DNA of 50,873 bases from Perkinsus chesapeaki ATCC PRA-425 (taxonomy: Eukaryota; Protista; Perkinsozoa). The notes under the pieces are model-generated. The model ran no database searches. It was not told the origin of the DNA and was given only the letters and a program-made list of their open reading frames with translations. This document shows positions 34,992 to 48,565 of the stretch, piece by piece. The stretch is from contig JAAPAO010000224.1 of assembly GCA_013115145.1 (NCBI GenBank), forward strand, positions 1 through 50,873, given 5' to 3'. The translations under genes were made by a program, and so were the position numbers. Position 1 is the stretch's first letter, and each line of letters starts with the position of its first letter.

Positions 34992-37906
34992 TCAGACATT
35001 CCTCGGAGATGGAAAGCAGTTTCTGACGTACCGCAGTAGGGCATTCGCATACCACAGCTCCTCATCAAGTGCCTGACATAATCGTATTAGGAAGGTGTTA
35101 CTCAATAGCGGGGGACGGCTCACCGCCACAAACACAGACGGCTGAGGCTTCACGTCGTCACCAAGTATCTTTCCATAAACTGCTTTCTGCCTCGATTCGA
35201 CCCTCGACGCCAAACATCGGAATCTCTCACGAGCACTCCCCAATGCGGTTTCTTCGCAGACGTTGTTATCATTATCATCCATCTTTGTTCCAGTATGTAT
35301 TCTCATTGCTCGTATGGCGATATCCTGACGAGCTTAAGCCTCGGGTGCGTTCGAACATGACACGTGACTACCTCGGCTTCAGCCTCTACTGCGGTGTAAA
35401 ATGCCCCACCTGCTGCCGAGAGCTCGCTACCAGCGACCGACCACATTGCTTTCCACTGCCAGTCGCTGTCCCCTGCATCCGTCGTGCAACCGTCGCCGCA
35501 TTCTCGGAGCATTTTGATATTAAGAGCCAATGACGTAACAAGAGCACACTGCTCCACATTGGTGAGGATGCTAGGCACCGGTATCGTCTCTAGATTGGGA
35601 GGTGGACACAAAACGAATGCCTGAGGCGGCCCATGACTTACCAAAAAGGTAATTGTATAAATACCTCAAGTTCAGGGTTGATGAGCAATTTCAAGGAATG
35701 GTTGAGGTGCATCCCGCCAGAAGGAACGGCCACCTCGAGCGGGCTACTCTGTACGTGACAAGGCAGCAGCCAGCATCGCAATACATCTTCTTGGATCACT
35801 TCATTCCCATCTTCAGATATCCACCACACCTTCGCTTTAACTACCACTCGTCGTGGGCGGAAATGTTGCTCGAACGGTGGCAGTTTAGGAGTGTCGTTTG
35901 GTGTTCCCTCCAACCAAGGTGGACGTGATGATATCACACAAGACGTCTCCAACTGCCACATTCTTAACCTGTAACCATCGTCGACCTCTTCAACCGTCGA
36001 ACACACTATTGGAAGGCCTGGTTCTCTCAACCATGCGTCCATCCAACCAGCGATCTCGGTAGTTTCCAGCCCAGCAGCGTCTGCCATCGCTCGCCACAGA
36101 TCGGATTTAGTGTACGTGGACTGATTGTGACGCTCAAGAAGTATCCCTGAGGAAATCGCTCAAGAAACCAGTTCGTTGGCAGCAGTGGTTACGAAGGCCT
36201 CGAATGAAGTTGTCATGCCCAACGGCACCGCGGAGCATCCGTAGTACGCAGGCTCCTTTGCCATAGGCAATATTATCAAACAGAACTTCACAGTCTTCGG
36301 CTGGATGCTGCTGCTGCTGCCCTCCTCCAGTTGTTGGCCTATCACAGTTATATTCTATCGGATGCGATCCTGAGAAAGACATGGCGGGAGAGAGTGTGAT
36401 TCGTGTGGTACTCGAGGGTGAGGCGTCGGCGAGCATGGCATCAAATTGCACCTCTGTGAGAAAGTGTTCCCAAACGCGGTCCCCCAGGCATTGGTTCAAC
36501 CTGACAACGATCGCTATTGACCTGTTTACCTTACCAAACAGATGGCCCTACCCCTCCGATTCCATCCAACCTGCCGCGGATGGCTCCTTATTTGGCATCA
36601 AGTCACACATTACAAACTCTAACAACCTGGCCATACCCTCTTTAAGCCAAAGGTCCGCGAAGCTCTCTGGCGTACACATATCTCCGAACCACATGTGAGA
36701 TACTTCATGGCACATCAATCTAACGACCCTTCGCCGCCTCGAAATGAGCTCAGTAAACAACTTCAGCTCTTGCTGGGTCTCCACTGCTTTTCGGTGAACT
36801 TTCCGTCGACACTCTTCCAGCATTCCCAGTGCACTTGGTATGCTGGGAACCATGCAGTATGTGTCCTTCACGGAAATGCAACCAAATGTCTCGAGGCCGA
36901 GCCCACGGTGATGGGGAAGGGCCACTATTCTCAATCTGTCCGGTAGAGCAGGGTAGGGAGCGATGGACCCAAACCATTCGGTCATCTGCTCGAAGGCAAA
37001 CTGCGCGGCATGACCGGCGACCGTGGGGGTCAGCTCCTGGACATTTCGTTTTTGTCTCTGTCGTTTGTCGGGCAGCTCTAGAGTGGATGAATCGGAGAAG
37101 CTGCTGTGCTGTTCTCGAGGGAAATAACAAATGCTGACTTGGGAGCCGAAGTCGTGTTCCGAGAATTGACCGATGAAGATCCCAACCGCATAAGTTGGCA
37201 AACGCACATCTTGAGGCGTTCGAAATTCAATCCAATCACCACTGCTTGCTGCTGCTGGCTTTCGCTCACTTATCGATATCGCTCTCATGTGCTCACCCGT
37301 GGAACACCTCACCGCAAAGGACGCTTTAAATGCGGGGTCATCTACACATGGGAAGACTCTTCTAGCATGTCGAGGCTCGAGACTGGTCCCTATATACATG
37401 TCATCTACAGGCACTCTACACGCGATATGTGACCCCTCCGTATCGCCGGCATCGAGGGTGCTAACCTGTCCAACATCATTACAGTTTCCGGCGAAGAGGC
37501 CTCTTGGAGCGATGATACCATGCCGCGAATGACCACACACTATCAACTGCCCAACATATTCGATATCAACCTCTACAGTCTCTCGATCAGTGCCCGCTTC
37601 AATGACTACAAGACCATGGTCAACCCAGTACCGCCGAGCTGGCAGGCCATCAACCCTCAAGAATGATATTTTTAGACCAACGGCATGCAATGAAATGAGC
37701 TTCCCTTCCCCAGTTATCCTCTTTAGTTTTATCAAAGTTCGCCCTGCGAAAGTTCCTATTTCACAGTTGAAATCCCTCAGAGTTATATCGTATTCAAGCG
37801 GGGCGTATTTCGACCCTGGACGGCCCGCCTCCAGCCAGATGGTGTCATCTAATGTACCTGCTACTGGCTCACCATTCGTATGATCGTGATAGGAGTTGGC
37901 GGTCAT
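34992..37906 (-). CDS. M1-family zinc aminopeptidase with atypical GAMEN motif; 3' end approximate
   Basis: EPRHARRVFPCVDDPAFKASF, HEVSHMWFG..LWLKEG (HExxH-x18-E), FDNIAYGKGACVLRML, WMDAWLREPGLPIV. Confidence 0.9.
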
Positions 37907-38235
37907 TAAGGCTTGAAAAACTGAACAATAGTTGGCAAAGTGCTACTGTTTCAGTGAACATTACGTCACCCGATAGTCGAAAGTTAAGAGTTTTAAAGAT
38001 ACCACCGATGTGGCCAAACTATCCTTGACTTTCAATATTCCCGCCTTCAAAATGAACCGGCCCATTTGGAACCGAGGAAACTATTATTTCACCTTCGCCG
38101 CTCGTCGGCCCATTCGAACATACCTCCCTCGCAACATCGTGAGCCGGTACTTAAACTAAACAACAAATGTGTGAATGAAATTCCCCTTGAAGGCTTAAAT
38201 ATAAATAATGCAATTATGGCCATTCATGGTTGTTA

Positions 38236-38947
<712 letters not shown>

Positions 38948-39201
38948 AACAACGCTTCAACAGTGTTCAACACTACGTAAAAGGACGATGTAAATCGGAG
39001 AGTTGCGTCGTCTGGAGGGGAGATATCGCTACGCCATTCTAATCGATTATCAGCGCATCTTGAATGGGTCGTCGACACTTTCGATTTGGCGGCCACGTTA
39101 TTGCAGTGATGCTGCTGTAGCCGAATGGGCTCGCAATCGAAGCTCAAATGAGCCGACCCCTCCCTTCTCTTAACCCTTCAGCCTCTTCTTAAACCCTCAT
39201 C

Positions 39202-39720
39202 ATGAAGATTCCCTCGTTATGTACTCTTGTTGCCACCACTAACGCTCTGCAACGCCTGGGGTCCTCACTGGCCGATGACCAACCATGGGCAGACGGCCTC
39301 GTAGTTGAACCTACGGTAAGTTCGTATTCCATCTCATCATCGATAGAACTCTTCCCAACACAGGGGCATTGATAATCTTGAGAATTGAGCGAGCCTCTAC
39401 TTGATCCTTACCCTTTCAGACTGATGGTCTCATTTGCCGTCTTGAATCAGCCGGTTATACTCTTGCAATCAGCCTCGATAATGCAAAGGTTCTGGTACAA
39501 GTGCCTGGCCAAACCGAGATTCGGTGAGCATCCTTCACTTTCTTTTCATATGTTCCTGGTCAGCACCGAAGTGGCTTTCCCCGATGACGATCCCAAAGAG
39601 TCAAATGAAGACCGGTGCGTTGATGCCATTAACAACCTTGAGGGTGACATTCTCGAGTCTGATACAATCGAGACGGTCGTACGCACCACGTTTAAGGCTT
39701 TGGCCACGACCATAGTCTGA
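39202..39720 (+). CDS. Small hypothetical, possibly secreted protein, multi-exon
   Basis: MKIPSLCTLVATTNAL start, GT..AG-bounded exons, last exon ending TFKALATTIV. Confidence 0.4.
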
Positions 39721-39848
39721 CCATCATGCTCAACATGTTTAGACGTTATTATGTGCGCTGCCTCATGGCTGCTGCTGTGACTTCTGTTGTTTAATGTGTT
39801 TTTTACTGAGTGACCAATTCCGACCTCGAAAAGTATCTTTGCTAGGTT

Positions 39849-41132
39849 ATGACTATTAGCTATAAGAACACCACACGGAAGCGCACCAGCCCACCGCAAC
39901 TGCCGACATTCAACGATCTGCCTGACCTTGCACTTGCCCTGATATTCGCAATGAGCGGCCAACCTTTAGTCTGCTCCATGCTATCCAAACGAGCTCTTTA
40001 CGTCTGTGACATGTCAACTGCGGACGATCTGTTATGGCGAGGATGCTCCGGAGGTCGACTGGAGTATGCCCGTAGACTCCGCGATCGCAGGAATGCTGTT
40101 GCAAGCAAACTAAGGAAAATGCAACGGAAAGATCTTCTACCAAATTTGCCGAGACAATGCGACTTTCTTCACCTCCACAATTGGAGACTTAACATTCTAG
40201 AAGCTGATGGCCGCGATTGCGGCCCTTTCAAGCACGTTCCCGTCGAGTGGACATTCGAACTCTCTGACCCCGGCCCGTTTGTGGTATCAGCTCCGGGGAC
40301 GGTTTTCCGCCTCACCTTCTCGGTTAACAACAACAAACGCCTCAAATGGGCATCACTCCAGGGTGCCACTTTCACACTGATCGTGAGGTCCGCGGCTTTG
40401 CTCGGGGTCGAGGCTCAAGTGTGCTCCGTTAAGCCTGTTGTCATCAGTGGTATCACAGCAGGGTGTGAAGAGGTGATCCTGGCGTCGGTGGGTCATGTGG
40501 CTGTTGGCGTCTGGTCATCTAGTGCTGACCCCGAGGTTGCTGTTATTTACCTCAACCTATCGTTTTATGATATTGTAAAGGCATTCGGTCTCTCGCCAAA
40601 GCCACCTGCTTATAGATTGAAGGGCATCCCTGATGACCTGGACCCTCTGGCTGGGCTCAAAGGCCTAACTGTGATAGTTGCACTGAGAGACGGAGCAACT
40701 GTTATGTTCAGCAACACTTTCTATCGAGTGGATGCGGAAGAATGCTTCACTGAACTGCCTGAACCCTCTGCGACTTTCCGCGTGCTCAGTGGCCATCGCT
40801 CCGGACAGCCGATCGACTTTCCTATTGACGGCAGTCTGCGACTGGCGTGGAAAACAAGAGCGTTTCGACGTTTCTGGGATGCTGTGACAGTTGACGTTAT
40901 CGTATTCAATGAAGAACAAGAAGTACTGTGGAGCACCAGCGAAGTGGCTGCGCTTCAGTCCCACCCCGAATGGCATGACGATCATGATGCTGCGATAGAT
41001 TTCGACTTGAGTGCTGATGGTGAGTGGAACCATCACTACGTTCGTTTGAGACAGTCTGGTGTTGCTGCCTTCGAGGCCCACGCTGCGGAATCACCAGACG
41101 GAAGGTGGGCGCTGTCCGGTCAATTGGCATGA
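39849..41132 (+). CDS. F-box-like protein, intronless, 427 aa
   Basis: N-terminal LPTFNDLPDLALALIFAM fits the F-box L.DLP..(L)..IF pattern; remainder unrecognised. Confidence 0.6.
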   Translation: MTISYKNTTRKRTSPPQLPTFNDLPDLALALIFAMSGQPLVCSMLSKRALYVCDMSTADDLLWRGCSGGRLEYARRLRDRRNAVASKLRKMQRKDLLPNLPRQCDFLHLHNWRLNILEADGRDCGPFKHVPVEWTFELSDPGPFVVSAPGTVFRLTFSVNNNKRLKWASLQGATFTLIVRSAALLGVEAQVCSVKPVVISGITAGCEEVILASVGHVAVGVWSSSADPEVAVIYLNLSFYDIVKAFGLSPKPPAYRLKGIPDDLDPLAGLKGLTVIVALRDGATVMFSNTFYRVDAEECFTELPEPSATFRVLSGHRSGQPIDFPIDGSLRLAWKTRAFRRFWDAVTVDVIVFNEEQEVLWSTSEVAALQSHPEWHDDHDAAIDFDLSADGEWNHHYVRLRQSGVAAFEAHAAESPDGRWALSGQLA

Positions 41133-41329
41133 CAATTTCGGGTTCGTCAGGTCTTGGCGGCTTAACAGCATCACCATGTTGCTGTCTCTGAAGCACCTGG
41201 ATGACTTCTATGGGACAAGCTACTCACATGACAAGGCTATAGTGGAAGAAATATAATCTCTAATGATTGTGTTCGAGTTTGAAGTCCAACGAAAGCATCA
41301 ACACACTTAACCAGTACAATAACATCACT

Positions 41330-41571
41330 CAACACACCCGCTTCCTTAAACAATAGCGTTAACTACAACAATTAATATTAACTATTCTTTACTGAGCTGC
41401 CCTGTCCAACACAACCGCTTCCTTAAACAATAGCGTTAACTACAACAATTAATATTAACTATTCTTTACTGAGCTGCCCTGTCCAACACACCCGCTTCCT
41501 TAAACAATAGCGTTAACTACGACAATTAATATTAACTATTGTTTACTGAGCTGCCCTGTCCAACTCACCCG
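41330..41571 (+). repeat. 77-bp tandem repeat, ~3.1 copies
   Basis: Units start at 41330, 41407, 41484 and (partial) 41561; nearly identical. Confidence 0.95.
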
Positions 41572-43021
41572 GCGTAATGTCAGAATGGTACCGATGCTAC
41601 TAAGGTACCTGAAGAAACCTCTTCACGCTTTCTCAGATAAGTTGTGAAGGCGGGGTGGCCTCTATCAGATGTTTCACCCTGTAGAGCATCATTATAAAGC
41701 ACGTTATCATATCTCGCTCGATATGCATCATCAAACCCTTTCCCAATGACCTGCAAAAGTGTTGATGATATTAAACCGATGAGTGGGCACCATGGTCCGA
41801 TGACCAATCCTTAACAATCAATAACACTTCGTCACCACATTGAATTGGCTATTGAGGAATAGTACAGGCTTGGGACTTGTAGCCTGAAAGTTCGTGTTGA
41901 AAGGTCTTTGAGGCTGTAGGTGCGGTATGATCGTTGTTTCAGTTTAAAGTCGAGGCCCATTGGGCTTAGTCAGGCTCCAATTCACCGCAGGTTTACCGCG
42001 TTTTCTGTGTTGTGAGCGATGCAACTGTGTACACTGCGATGATAAAATATATGAAAACAACGCTTAGCATCATCACAACGGTCATGTTACAATATTAAAT
42101 GTTATGGTCGGTTCTTGAAGGGTAGGAAGGACTCAAGTGCAGCCCTTTGTTGTGATGCTGCCGCACGTAGAAGAGATAACTGTTCCTTGAATGCTTCATC
42201 GAGGAGTTCATTTACCTACCATAAAACTACTCCCCATTAAAAGAACACATGTTACCATTTCTAAAGGAGACTCTAAAGCATAGGGTTTGTCTGGAAGCAT
42301 CGGTGCTGGTCTGTGGGTGTAGTAGACAACAGGAGGCTGCTGCTGCTGGGGCTGGGGCTGTGAACAACAACAGCATATTCGATTTTGGCACGACGTGACC
42401 GGTGAAGCCGTCTGGTCGCTTATGCCGAGCTCTGGCGGGTCGTATTGTGTACCGATGCTTTGTGGTAGACCGTCAACCTGTACAAAGACCACTGATCGGA
42501 CGATTGCTGTAGTAGCCGACCTGTATGCCGCATTCAAGGGAGTGTCGGACCCTCGGTGTGCTGCCAGAATGCCGCCGCCGACGCGCTGATCTCGGCGTTC
42601 GTAGTGACCGCGGTGTGGGTACTGTCCGCGTAATCGTGACGATGCCATAACGAGCGTTACCTTCCAAAAATGTTTGCGATATCTGCACGGTATCGCTGGA
42701 ATCATCTTTCGGTCGAACGTCATCGACATCCGTCCCCATGGAGGACTCGTCCTCGAACGCGTCGTCAGCATAGCTCCGATGCCTACGGCAGCAGCAGCCT
42801 CGACACAGCCCGAACACCAATGGCCCTACGCTGGAGATATCGCAGAGATGGACTCAGTGAAGTCAGTTTTGCCTTCAACAAGGTCCTCGACGGACTGCCA
42901 AGGGGTGCCTTGCGATCGCCAACTTAATGCCTCACCACAATCCCCTTGGAATCGACCTCTTCCTCTATTGGTGGGGAAGTCGGCCTATGGCGTTCAATGG
43001 CGTTAAATGGTCGAATATTCT

Positions 43022-43960
43022 TTACCGATCATCATCATCGACATCGATGCTATCAATATGCTGCCGATTCCCCTCCGAGCGGTCATCATCAAATTCTTCC
43101 TCGGATGGCAACTCAAGTTCCTCGAATGCCATTATGCGAATTCCGGCGATCGCCGGCGGTGGTTTGGATGATACAGTCGGCTCTCTGAATCCATCCAGGG
43201 TCGAGCGCCACCGCCGCCGCACTGTGTGTTCTTTACTTCTCGTCTAATTCCTCGGTTGTATAGGGGCCAAGCGGGACAGACTGTTCGCTTTGTGACACCG
43301 AGTGCCTGTCGGGAAATTCTGGGATATTCAATGCTGAGGCGTCTCACGGGGAAGGTTGTTCCTCCTCAGATGATTGTTCTCGTGATGAGTTCAAGAAATC
43401 GGAGAACGTCTCGCTGATGTTGTCAGCGATCGGGGCAGAGTAACTGTCCTTTCCCTCGTGCTTCGACGACAAGTTCCCGAGACTCACCGGCGGCCTCGTG
43501 AATGATCGCTCATAGCCGGGCTTGCACTGGCGACCACAATCGGCGATCTTGCCTTCCCTCTAAGGGCGGTATGTCAATTCGTTATAATAAAACTCGTCGT
43601 ACTTGTCCGGGTTGACAGTCGGTCGGACTCCCAGCAGGGAATCGCTACTACCGCGGTGGAGCGATCTCGAACTACTGGAGCTACGCGTTATCGTTACACC
43701 GTAACCACGCGCACTCTGACCGACCCGACTTCCTGGTGTTCGTGTGAGATCGACGGCGTAGGGATCTCCTGAAGACTCGTTGCAGATGACGTCAGAGATT
43801 CAGGGTTACCTTCGCCGTAGCGAGCCGCGAATGGATCGCTAAGGGTTTGGTTGCCGAACGGTGTTGGTGGAGAATAGGAGGGGGATTGGATCGAACCCGA
43901 GTGCCCCATTGGGGATGAGTAAGCCGTAGACGACCGTCCTACCGTTCGAGGCAGTGACAT
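43022..43960 (-). CDS. Hypothetical Ser/Pro-rich protein with acidic tail, multi-exon
   Basis: First exon MSLPRTVGRSSTAYSSP..; last exon EELELPSEEEFDDD. Confidence 0.4.
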
Positions 43961-44253
43961 GGCCCTCAGGAAACGCTGCTGCGGCTGGCCTAGACGAGAC
44001 AGGTAGGTGGTGTCACGTCACCGAGAATAATTTAAATTTTCTCAAGATAAAGCGTCAAAGCGATTGGCAAGAGCTACTCGCTCTTATGCCATGGACATCG
44101 TGATTGGACCTGTAATCAATAGACGAAGGTAAGTGCTCGAGTTTCCTGAGGGATTGGAATGAAACTCGTAAATCTTGCAATCTTGCAAAATCTTGCTTTT
44201 CCTTATAGTCGACACCCCTGTAGCGCATGCGTGCTAATTCTGTGTTCTGACGT

Positions 44254-45597
44254 ATGCGCATACGCATGTCCACATCTATCGACCCCGCGAATCTTACTAT
44301 CGAACATGATGATGGTACTGGTGACGTGAACCAGTCCTTAGATCGCTCTGCATTCGAACCACCAGCTGGTTATGGTGTAGACGAGCCTCGTGACTTGGCC
44401 TCTGGCCCCACAGAAGGGCTTTATCTTCCTGGTAACAGTCTCGATGGTACTGACTTCTTCCCTACCCTTGAAGGTCTTGATGAAGGTGAATCATTCCAGC
44501 CAGCTTCAAAGAGATCAAAGTTGAGCGGCTCTGTTGGGTTTATCGGTCATCAGCTATCCCTCCCTCAGAACGTCTCTGATGCTTCTCTGTCGGACTTGCA
44601 AGAGAACTCGGTGCTCCTTATGAAATTATTATCTTCAACCACCGACGATTCACTTGGTCCTAATCAGGCGATATATTCTGCATTAGTTGGTCTTGCTTCG
44701 GCTGGTGATACTTCTCGACCAACCTCAGGATCATCAAGTACGTCAACAGCCTCTGCCCTACCAACTAACAATAATGCATCTAACCCTCGAAAGCGGCCCT
44801 CACCGAGCAGATCTGGTAGTCAAAGCGGTCCGTCACTTCTACTTGGTCCGGAACTCTTTTCTGCGGTGAACCCTTCTACCAATAATTCGACCTCGCTCGC
44901 GGCGGCAGTGTCGACCCCGACGATCGGGCGCTCAGTGAAGGCAAGTCAGCCGCCCAGCATCCCAACTGGCAAATTCGCCGGAGCTCAGAACATTCCAAAT
45001 GACGATGTAAACGGTCCTGTTAGAGTTGTACGTCGAGTTCATGGATGGGTTACTATATTACGTAACGGTGGAAGACAGGCCACTGGACCATATCGTCAAA
45101 CAGTCCATCAATGTGTTGAGGATCAAAAGGAAGTACATAGACTAAGATCTGAAAGAGGTATGACTAATACAGAGGTTATGCAATTACTGGAACAAATGAA
45201 GCATGTGACTGATCGTCACCCTTCAACACTATTGATAAAAAAGCCAAAGAAGCTGGATTATATTGCTCCAGTTGGTGTTAGAAGAATGCATAAAGGTTTT
45301 AGAGCAAGTGTTAGAGTTAGTGGTAGAGAAGTATATGGTCCATTACGACATGATGTTACTGATGCTTCATGTGATAGACAAGAAATGATGAAATATCGTC
45401 ATGCCGTTGATGCCCCTGGAATGAGAGCCTTTGTGAAGACTCTTCGTGACAGAGTTTATCCTCATCATCTTGGTGGTGAGAATACCAGAGTAATGCCAGC
45501 AGCGCCAGTCCACAATCAAGTATCTGATGATGGTATTCTATCTGGCTTGCCATCGTCAATTGCTAATATGGGCCATTCTCATGCAACACCTTTGTGA
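44254..45597 (+). CDS. Putative DNA-binding protein with two AP2-like segments, intronless
   Basis: VRRVHGWVTILRNGGRQATGPYRQTVHQCVED and GVRRMHKGFRASVRVSGREVYGPLRHDVTDASCDR after a Ser-rich disordered region. Confidence 0.55.
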   Translation: MRIRMSTSIDPANLTIEHDDGTGDVNQSLDRSAFEPPAGYGVDEPRDLASGPTEGLYLPGNSLDGTDFFPTLEGLDEGESFQPASKRSKLSGSVGFIGHQLSLPQNVSDASLSDLQENSVLLMKLLSSTTDDSLGPNQAIYSALVGLASAGDTSRPTSGSSSTSTASALPTNNNASNPRKRPSPSRSGSQSGPSLLLGPELFSAVNPSTNNSTSLAAAVSTPTIGRSVKASQPPSIPTGKFAGAQNIPNDDVNGPVRVVRRVHGWVTILRNGGRQATGPYRQTVHQCVEDQKEVHRLRSERGMTNTEVMQLLEQMKHVTDRHPSTLLIKKPKKLDYIAPVGVRRMHKGFRASVRVSGREVYGPLRHDVTDASCDRQEMMKYRHAVDAPGMRAFVKTLRDRVYPHHLGGENTRVMPAAPVHNQVSDDGILSGLPSSIANMGHSHATPL

Positions 45598-47015
45598 ATG
45601 GCAAGTAACCTTTTTGGTATCTTTAGCACTATAACCTGATAATATCAATCTGTATTGTATCAGATTGTAATCTCTTTATTACATGTATCATTAAAAGGGA
45701 CTTGGCGCCCTAGTGGGATGGTCAAGGTGTATATCAAAGCAGTAGCGTCGTCTCATTTTTGCACGGTTGATGCCCAGTTTTCCGTGTCGTATAATTTCAT
45801 TGCCGTAATAGATAGTAGTAGAGGTACCAGTAGTAGGTTTCCCGCAAGGCTTTTCTACATCAATAACGGCGTCTTTTGAGTTTAACAGTATCGCGGCACA
45901 CGGTATCAGTGGTATACGTTTGTAATGTCAGTACAAAGAGAGGTTACACGTAGAGTTCGCGAACACTTCACAACAGCAACAGCAATTGATGTGGTTGATA
46001 TTGGTGATGAATGCACTGGAGCTAAGGTAAGCTAGGTTGTAGCAATCGACGGTTACAGCTTGTACAGCTACTCGATTAACTTACCGTAGGCCTGTCGTTC
46101 CCCGAAAGTTTGTATTTACTCTTTTTACGAAGTTTGCAATATGTCTACAAAAGGTTTAGCATAGTCCTCGCCAACCAGGGTACAACAAGTTGTACCAAGA
46201 AGGACCATAAGCCTCTTTTGGGTTCATCGACCGACTTACTATTGCGATTTGGAGAACAAATGTCAGAGCATGTCAGCGGGGCAGTTTGGGCCTACTTTTG
46301 TAGTCTTGTTGGGATTCTCTCAGGGAAGTAAATGTTTATAGTAGGCACGTAGTGGCTTAACTACTAGAAAATCATCATCAATGCTTTAGTCATGTAAGAT
46401 TTCACTTCAGCTTCGAAGTTGAGTACATACCAGCGTTCAATGTTAACAGCGCTCGAATCTTCGGAAGCTTTATGCTGTCGAGCTATCTGGACTGCTTCGG
46501 GGGTGATTTCCGGGCGTTAAGTATGCATGAAATCTGATTTCGAAGATGCAGTTAACCTTCTCTTACTAAACCTCCTATTGCATTCATAAATGGTATCCTA
46601 TCTGGGAGTTTGCTATTTCCAATCTAATGCTGATTCCTTTCAGTTGGCGGTTTTGGTAGTCGACCCGATATTCGAAGGAAAACCGGCGATTAAACGTCAA
46701 CGCGAAGTGATAATAAAATAATAAATTAACTTTATTAATCATCGGGCAGGTTCAAGGACTATTGAAAGATCTTTTGGATTCTGGAGAGCTGCATGCGCTG
46801 ACTATGCAGGTGATAGATGGGAAGGGATTGGTTACTGATGCTGCTGCTGCTGTCGGTGCTGCACATTGTTTGTTTAGACTCTTACGCCTTCACAGTGGGA
46901 AAAGAAACAGCACGAAGGAAAATGAAAGGGATGATACAGTGGTTTCCGTATTTATCAATTTAGGATTGGTTTTGGGTTACTGAAGGACTTAGACATTTCA
47001 CAGTTGTTCTTTAAG

Positions 47016-48565
47016 ATGTCAACAATTGTTAATAACACAAAAAGAGACAATTCCGAAACCACGCCGCCGAAGAGCGGGGTTGTCGATTTGCCGCATTTAC
47101 TGTCTGTCTGCGTGAAAGCCGGTCAAGGAGCATCATCGATAATAATGGAGGTTTATCAGAAAGGATCGCTGGGTTTGATTGATAAAGGTTAAATAAGTTT
47201 ATAGTATATTAAATTCTGCAAACGAATCGATTTTAGGCAACGGTATAGACTCGTTTACGGGAAGGCCGATGGATGATCCTCAAACTGAAGCTGATCGGAG
47301 AGCTGAAGCGTTCATTATTAATACTATAAAACATGAAGTAGAAGGGAATATTAAATGTATTACACTTAATAACGAAGATACCAAATCTGGATCCTAAGAG
47401 TTTGATTGGAGAAGAGAGTGAAGAAGGCGAGAGTAAAGATAACAAAAAAGAAGCAGAAGAGGCTGTTCAGAATGCTAATATTGAATCACATCTGGCGGTC
47501 AATGATTGTATATTTTCAAATGAAGTTTTAAAGAAGTGGCCGGATGAATTAAGTAAAGACTCGTATTCATGTTGTACTAATGAATTTGCTTACGTGTCAG
47601 GACTTGTACCGTCGTCATCGATTGCTTTATGGATTGACCCGCTAGATGGTACTGCAGAATTCACTCGAGGGCATTTGGAGAGTGTTACAACATTAATTGG
47701 TAGTTTAATAATAGTAAGATGATAATTATTAATAAGCAAGGTATAAGTATTGATGGTAAATCAACAGCTGGTGTTATTGTGAAGCTAATAGGGAGTGAAA
47801 CATTCCTTGGAGTTGTTGGTGTTGGTGATTTCCACGCAGTTCCTGGACAAGGAAATCTAGAAACGATTAATAGGCCGAAGAGAGCTGAGGAAGATTATCA
47901 AGAAGAAGGTTTAAGAGTTTGTACCACACGGTAACTTGAAGTTAATAATAATTTTATTATTTAATTCATCAGGACTAAAACTGCTCCGGTAGTAGTTGCA
48001 GCATTCGATAATCTGGGCCCAAAGACAGTCACTTTAAAGCACGGTGGGGCCGGCAGGAAATTTTTGGATGTTCTCACTGGCGTGGCCGATGCGTAAGTTG
48101 GTATTGGAAGGTAGGAGAGTGGTTATATTAGATATCTTTATCCAAGACCAGGCACTAAAAGGTGGGACAGTTGTGCTGGTAAGAATATTATAAAAGTGTT
48201 GTTGCCAACACTGATTTTAGGTGAAGCATTGTTAACAGCTATTGGTGGTAATGTTACTGATGCTATTGGGAATAGAATTGAATATAAAATATATTATAAG
48301 AATGACCAGAGACCAGAGGGTCAGCAGGAGCAGCAGCTCACCAATGGTGCTGATTGTGAACATCCTTATTTGAATGGTTATGGTATTGTTGCTAGTATAC
48401 GAGGGTGAGTTATCTATATTATTCATTATTATGCAATATTTTATCAGATCGGACTTCCATTATAATAAGCTCTTACCCGCCGTCTACAAAGCTGTTGCCG
48501 ATTATGCTCCTCAATTCCCATTGTCGGAGGAACGAAAATCAGAAGCATCATCACTCACTGCCTGA
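47016..48565 (+). CDS. 3'(2'),5'-bisphosphate nucleotidase-like / inositol monophosphatase family, multi-exon
   Basis: DPQTEADRRAE, IGEE, WIDPLDGTAEF, GGAGRKFL, WDSCAG|EALLTAIGGNVTD. Confidence 0.88.

Noticed and set aside
41330-41571. CRISPR array interpretation of the 77-bp and 36-bp repeats
   Set aside because: No unique spacers, no cas genes and a eukaryotic context.
45600-46700. Minus-strand multi-exon gene here, and further gene fragments at 10.6-11.3, 41.6-42.8 and 48.7-50.0 kb
   Set aside because: Exon-like pieces are visible, but frame, boundaries and product could not be supported without transcripts.
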